Assembly: GCA_000934665.2 (NCBI GenBank) | Contig: KZ538517.1 | Span: forward strand, 124,001-144,078 | Source of the DNA: Catajapyx aquilonaris | Taxonomy: Eukaryota | Reading direction: 5' to 3' | DNA length: 20,078 nucleotides | Shown: positions 19,106 through 20,078 of the stretch, piece by piece | How positions within the stretch are numbered: position 1 is the stretch's first letter | Layout of the letters: each line of letters opens with the position of its first letter | Notes under the pieces: generated by a model | Told to the model about the DNA's origin: nothing | What the model saw: the letters and a program-made list of their open reading frames with translations, nothing else | Database searches by the model: none | Program-made: the position numbers and the translations under genes

Positions 19106-19983
19106 TATCCATTTCCCTACCAAGTCATTAAACCCAGTTATTGGAGCCTCACATAATTCGTGGCCCAAATTTTGGAAACATTTTCCCTATTGTGTCATAC
19201 ATACAAGTATATGTTCAGCAGTATGTATGATTTGTTTTGGTTTTCCAAACCTGCAGTTTTCTTTTAAGCTGTTTCCTATAACTTGTATTCTTGAGAGCCT
19301 CAATTAATCTCCAGATGAGGCCTACATTATACCTCGAAAGCTACATGTGCAGCATACCTAACAGCCCATCTAGTTCAAGGTCAAGAAGAGAAACTGCTCG
19401 TACAGTAGTATAAGAACTTGATGTGAGGAAAATTAATTTGCATATGTACACAAAAAAGGTTACTCGCGCTAATTGGCTAGTGTGGAAGTGGATTGTAGCG
19501 AGAATAAAGTCACTGGTCTAGGAAACTGTAATCACCTTTATATACAGTACAGTGCTCTACACATGTTGCAGGGGCATATTTTAAACCTCGAAGGGCAAGA
19601 TCTAATTGCGCTTGCTACTGATTACCAACATTTCAGAATCAATTTCATGAATGATAAATTACCTCAACAAACAGGTATGCTTGAGCTAATTTCTTGTGGC
19701 AGTCCAGATCTCCCATATTATCATTTTCACAGCACTCATTTTTATTGACATGAAAGGGTCATAATAAGTGGTATAAAGTGTGTATGATTCCGTGAGCAAT
19801 TACTTCCAAATTTATACTGCCTTTGACCTTTTGTTGTGGTGTGTCATTCATATGATACTGTACCGAGTCGTGCACTTCCCTAGCCTGCAGTTCAAGGGGA
19901 TAAATGTTATGTTTGTCCCAGCAACCAATATATAGAAACAACAATTCTGACAAATTGTGGCCCTCATTGTTTCGACCAATATA

Positions 19984-20078
19984 CGAGGGACGGTCATAAA
20001 GTTCTGATCATTGCCTTTTTAAAAAGGCAATATCGCAATTATTTTTGCTGGGAGTAAAGGACACATCCTTGAACTCTC
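19984..20078 (+). mobile_element. Probable left end of a mariner-like element running off the window
   Basis: TA-CGAGGGACGGTCATAAAGTT resembles mariner TIR starts (TACGAGGG..TCA.AAAGT); the partner end is not in the window. Confidence 0.5.

Overview
Eukaryotic, most likely insect, genomic DNA with spliceosomal introns; no prokaryotic features. I can reconstruct two complete spliced genes with consistent intron phases. One is a 5-exon mitochondrial transcription termination factor (mTERF family, insect mTerf5-like; +, CDS 8755-11922, 442 aa). The other is an MKRN2 opposite strand (MKRN2OS/DUF4796)-like gene with 3 coding exons (-, CDS 14157-11909, 212 aa). The genes are convergent and their coding ends overlap by 14 bp. 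Introns and flanks hold many small mobile elements: piggyBac-like, Harbinger-like, hAT-like and pogo/Tigger-like MITEs, an unclassified MITE, an intact tRNA-derived SINE with a 15-bp TSD, a decayed SINE, a candidate solo LTR and a mariner-like end. There are also two near-perfect palindromes. Bases 1-5300 look non-coding with normal CpG content; from about 5900 onward CpG is strongly depleted, consistent with methylation. I found no clearly new biological system. The best leads are the overlapping sense/antisense gene pair, a micro-inversion through a transposon end, an excess of TACWGTA footprints, and two small ORFs upstream of the mTERF gene. Family assignments are from motif recognition, not database searches.
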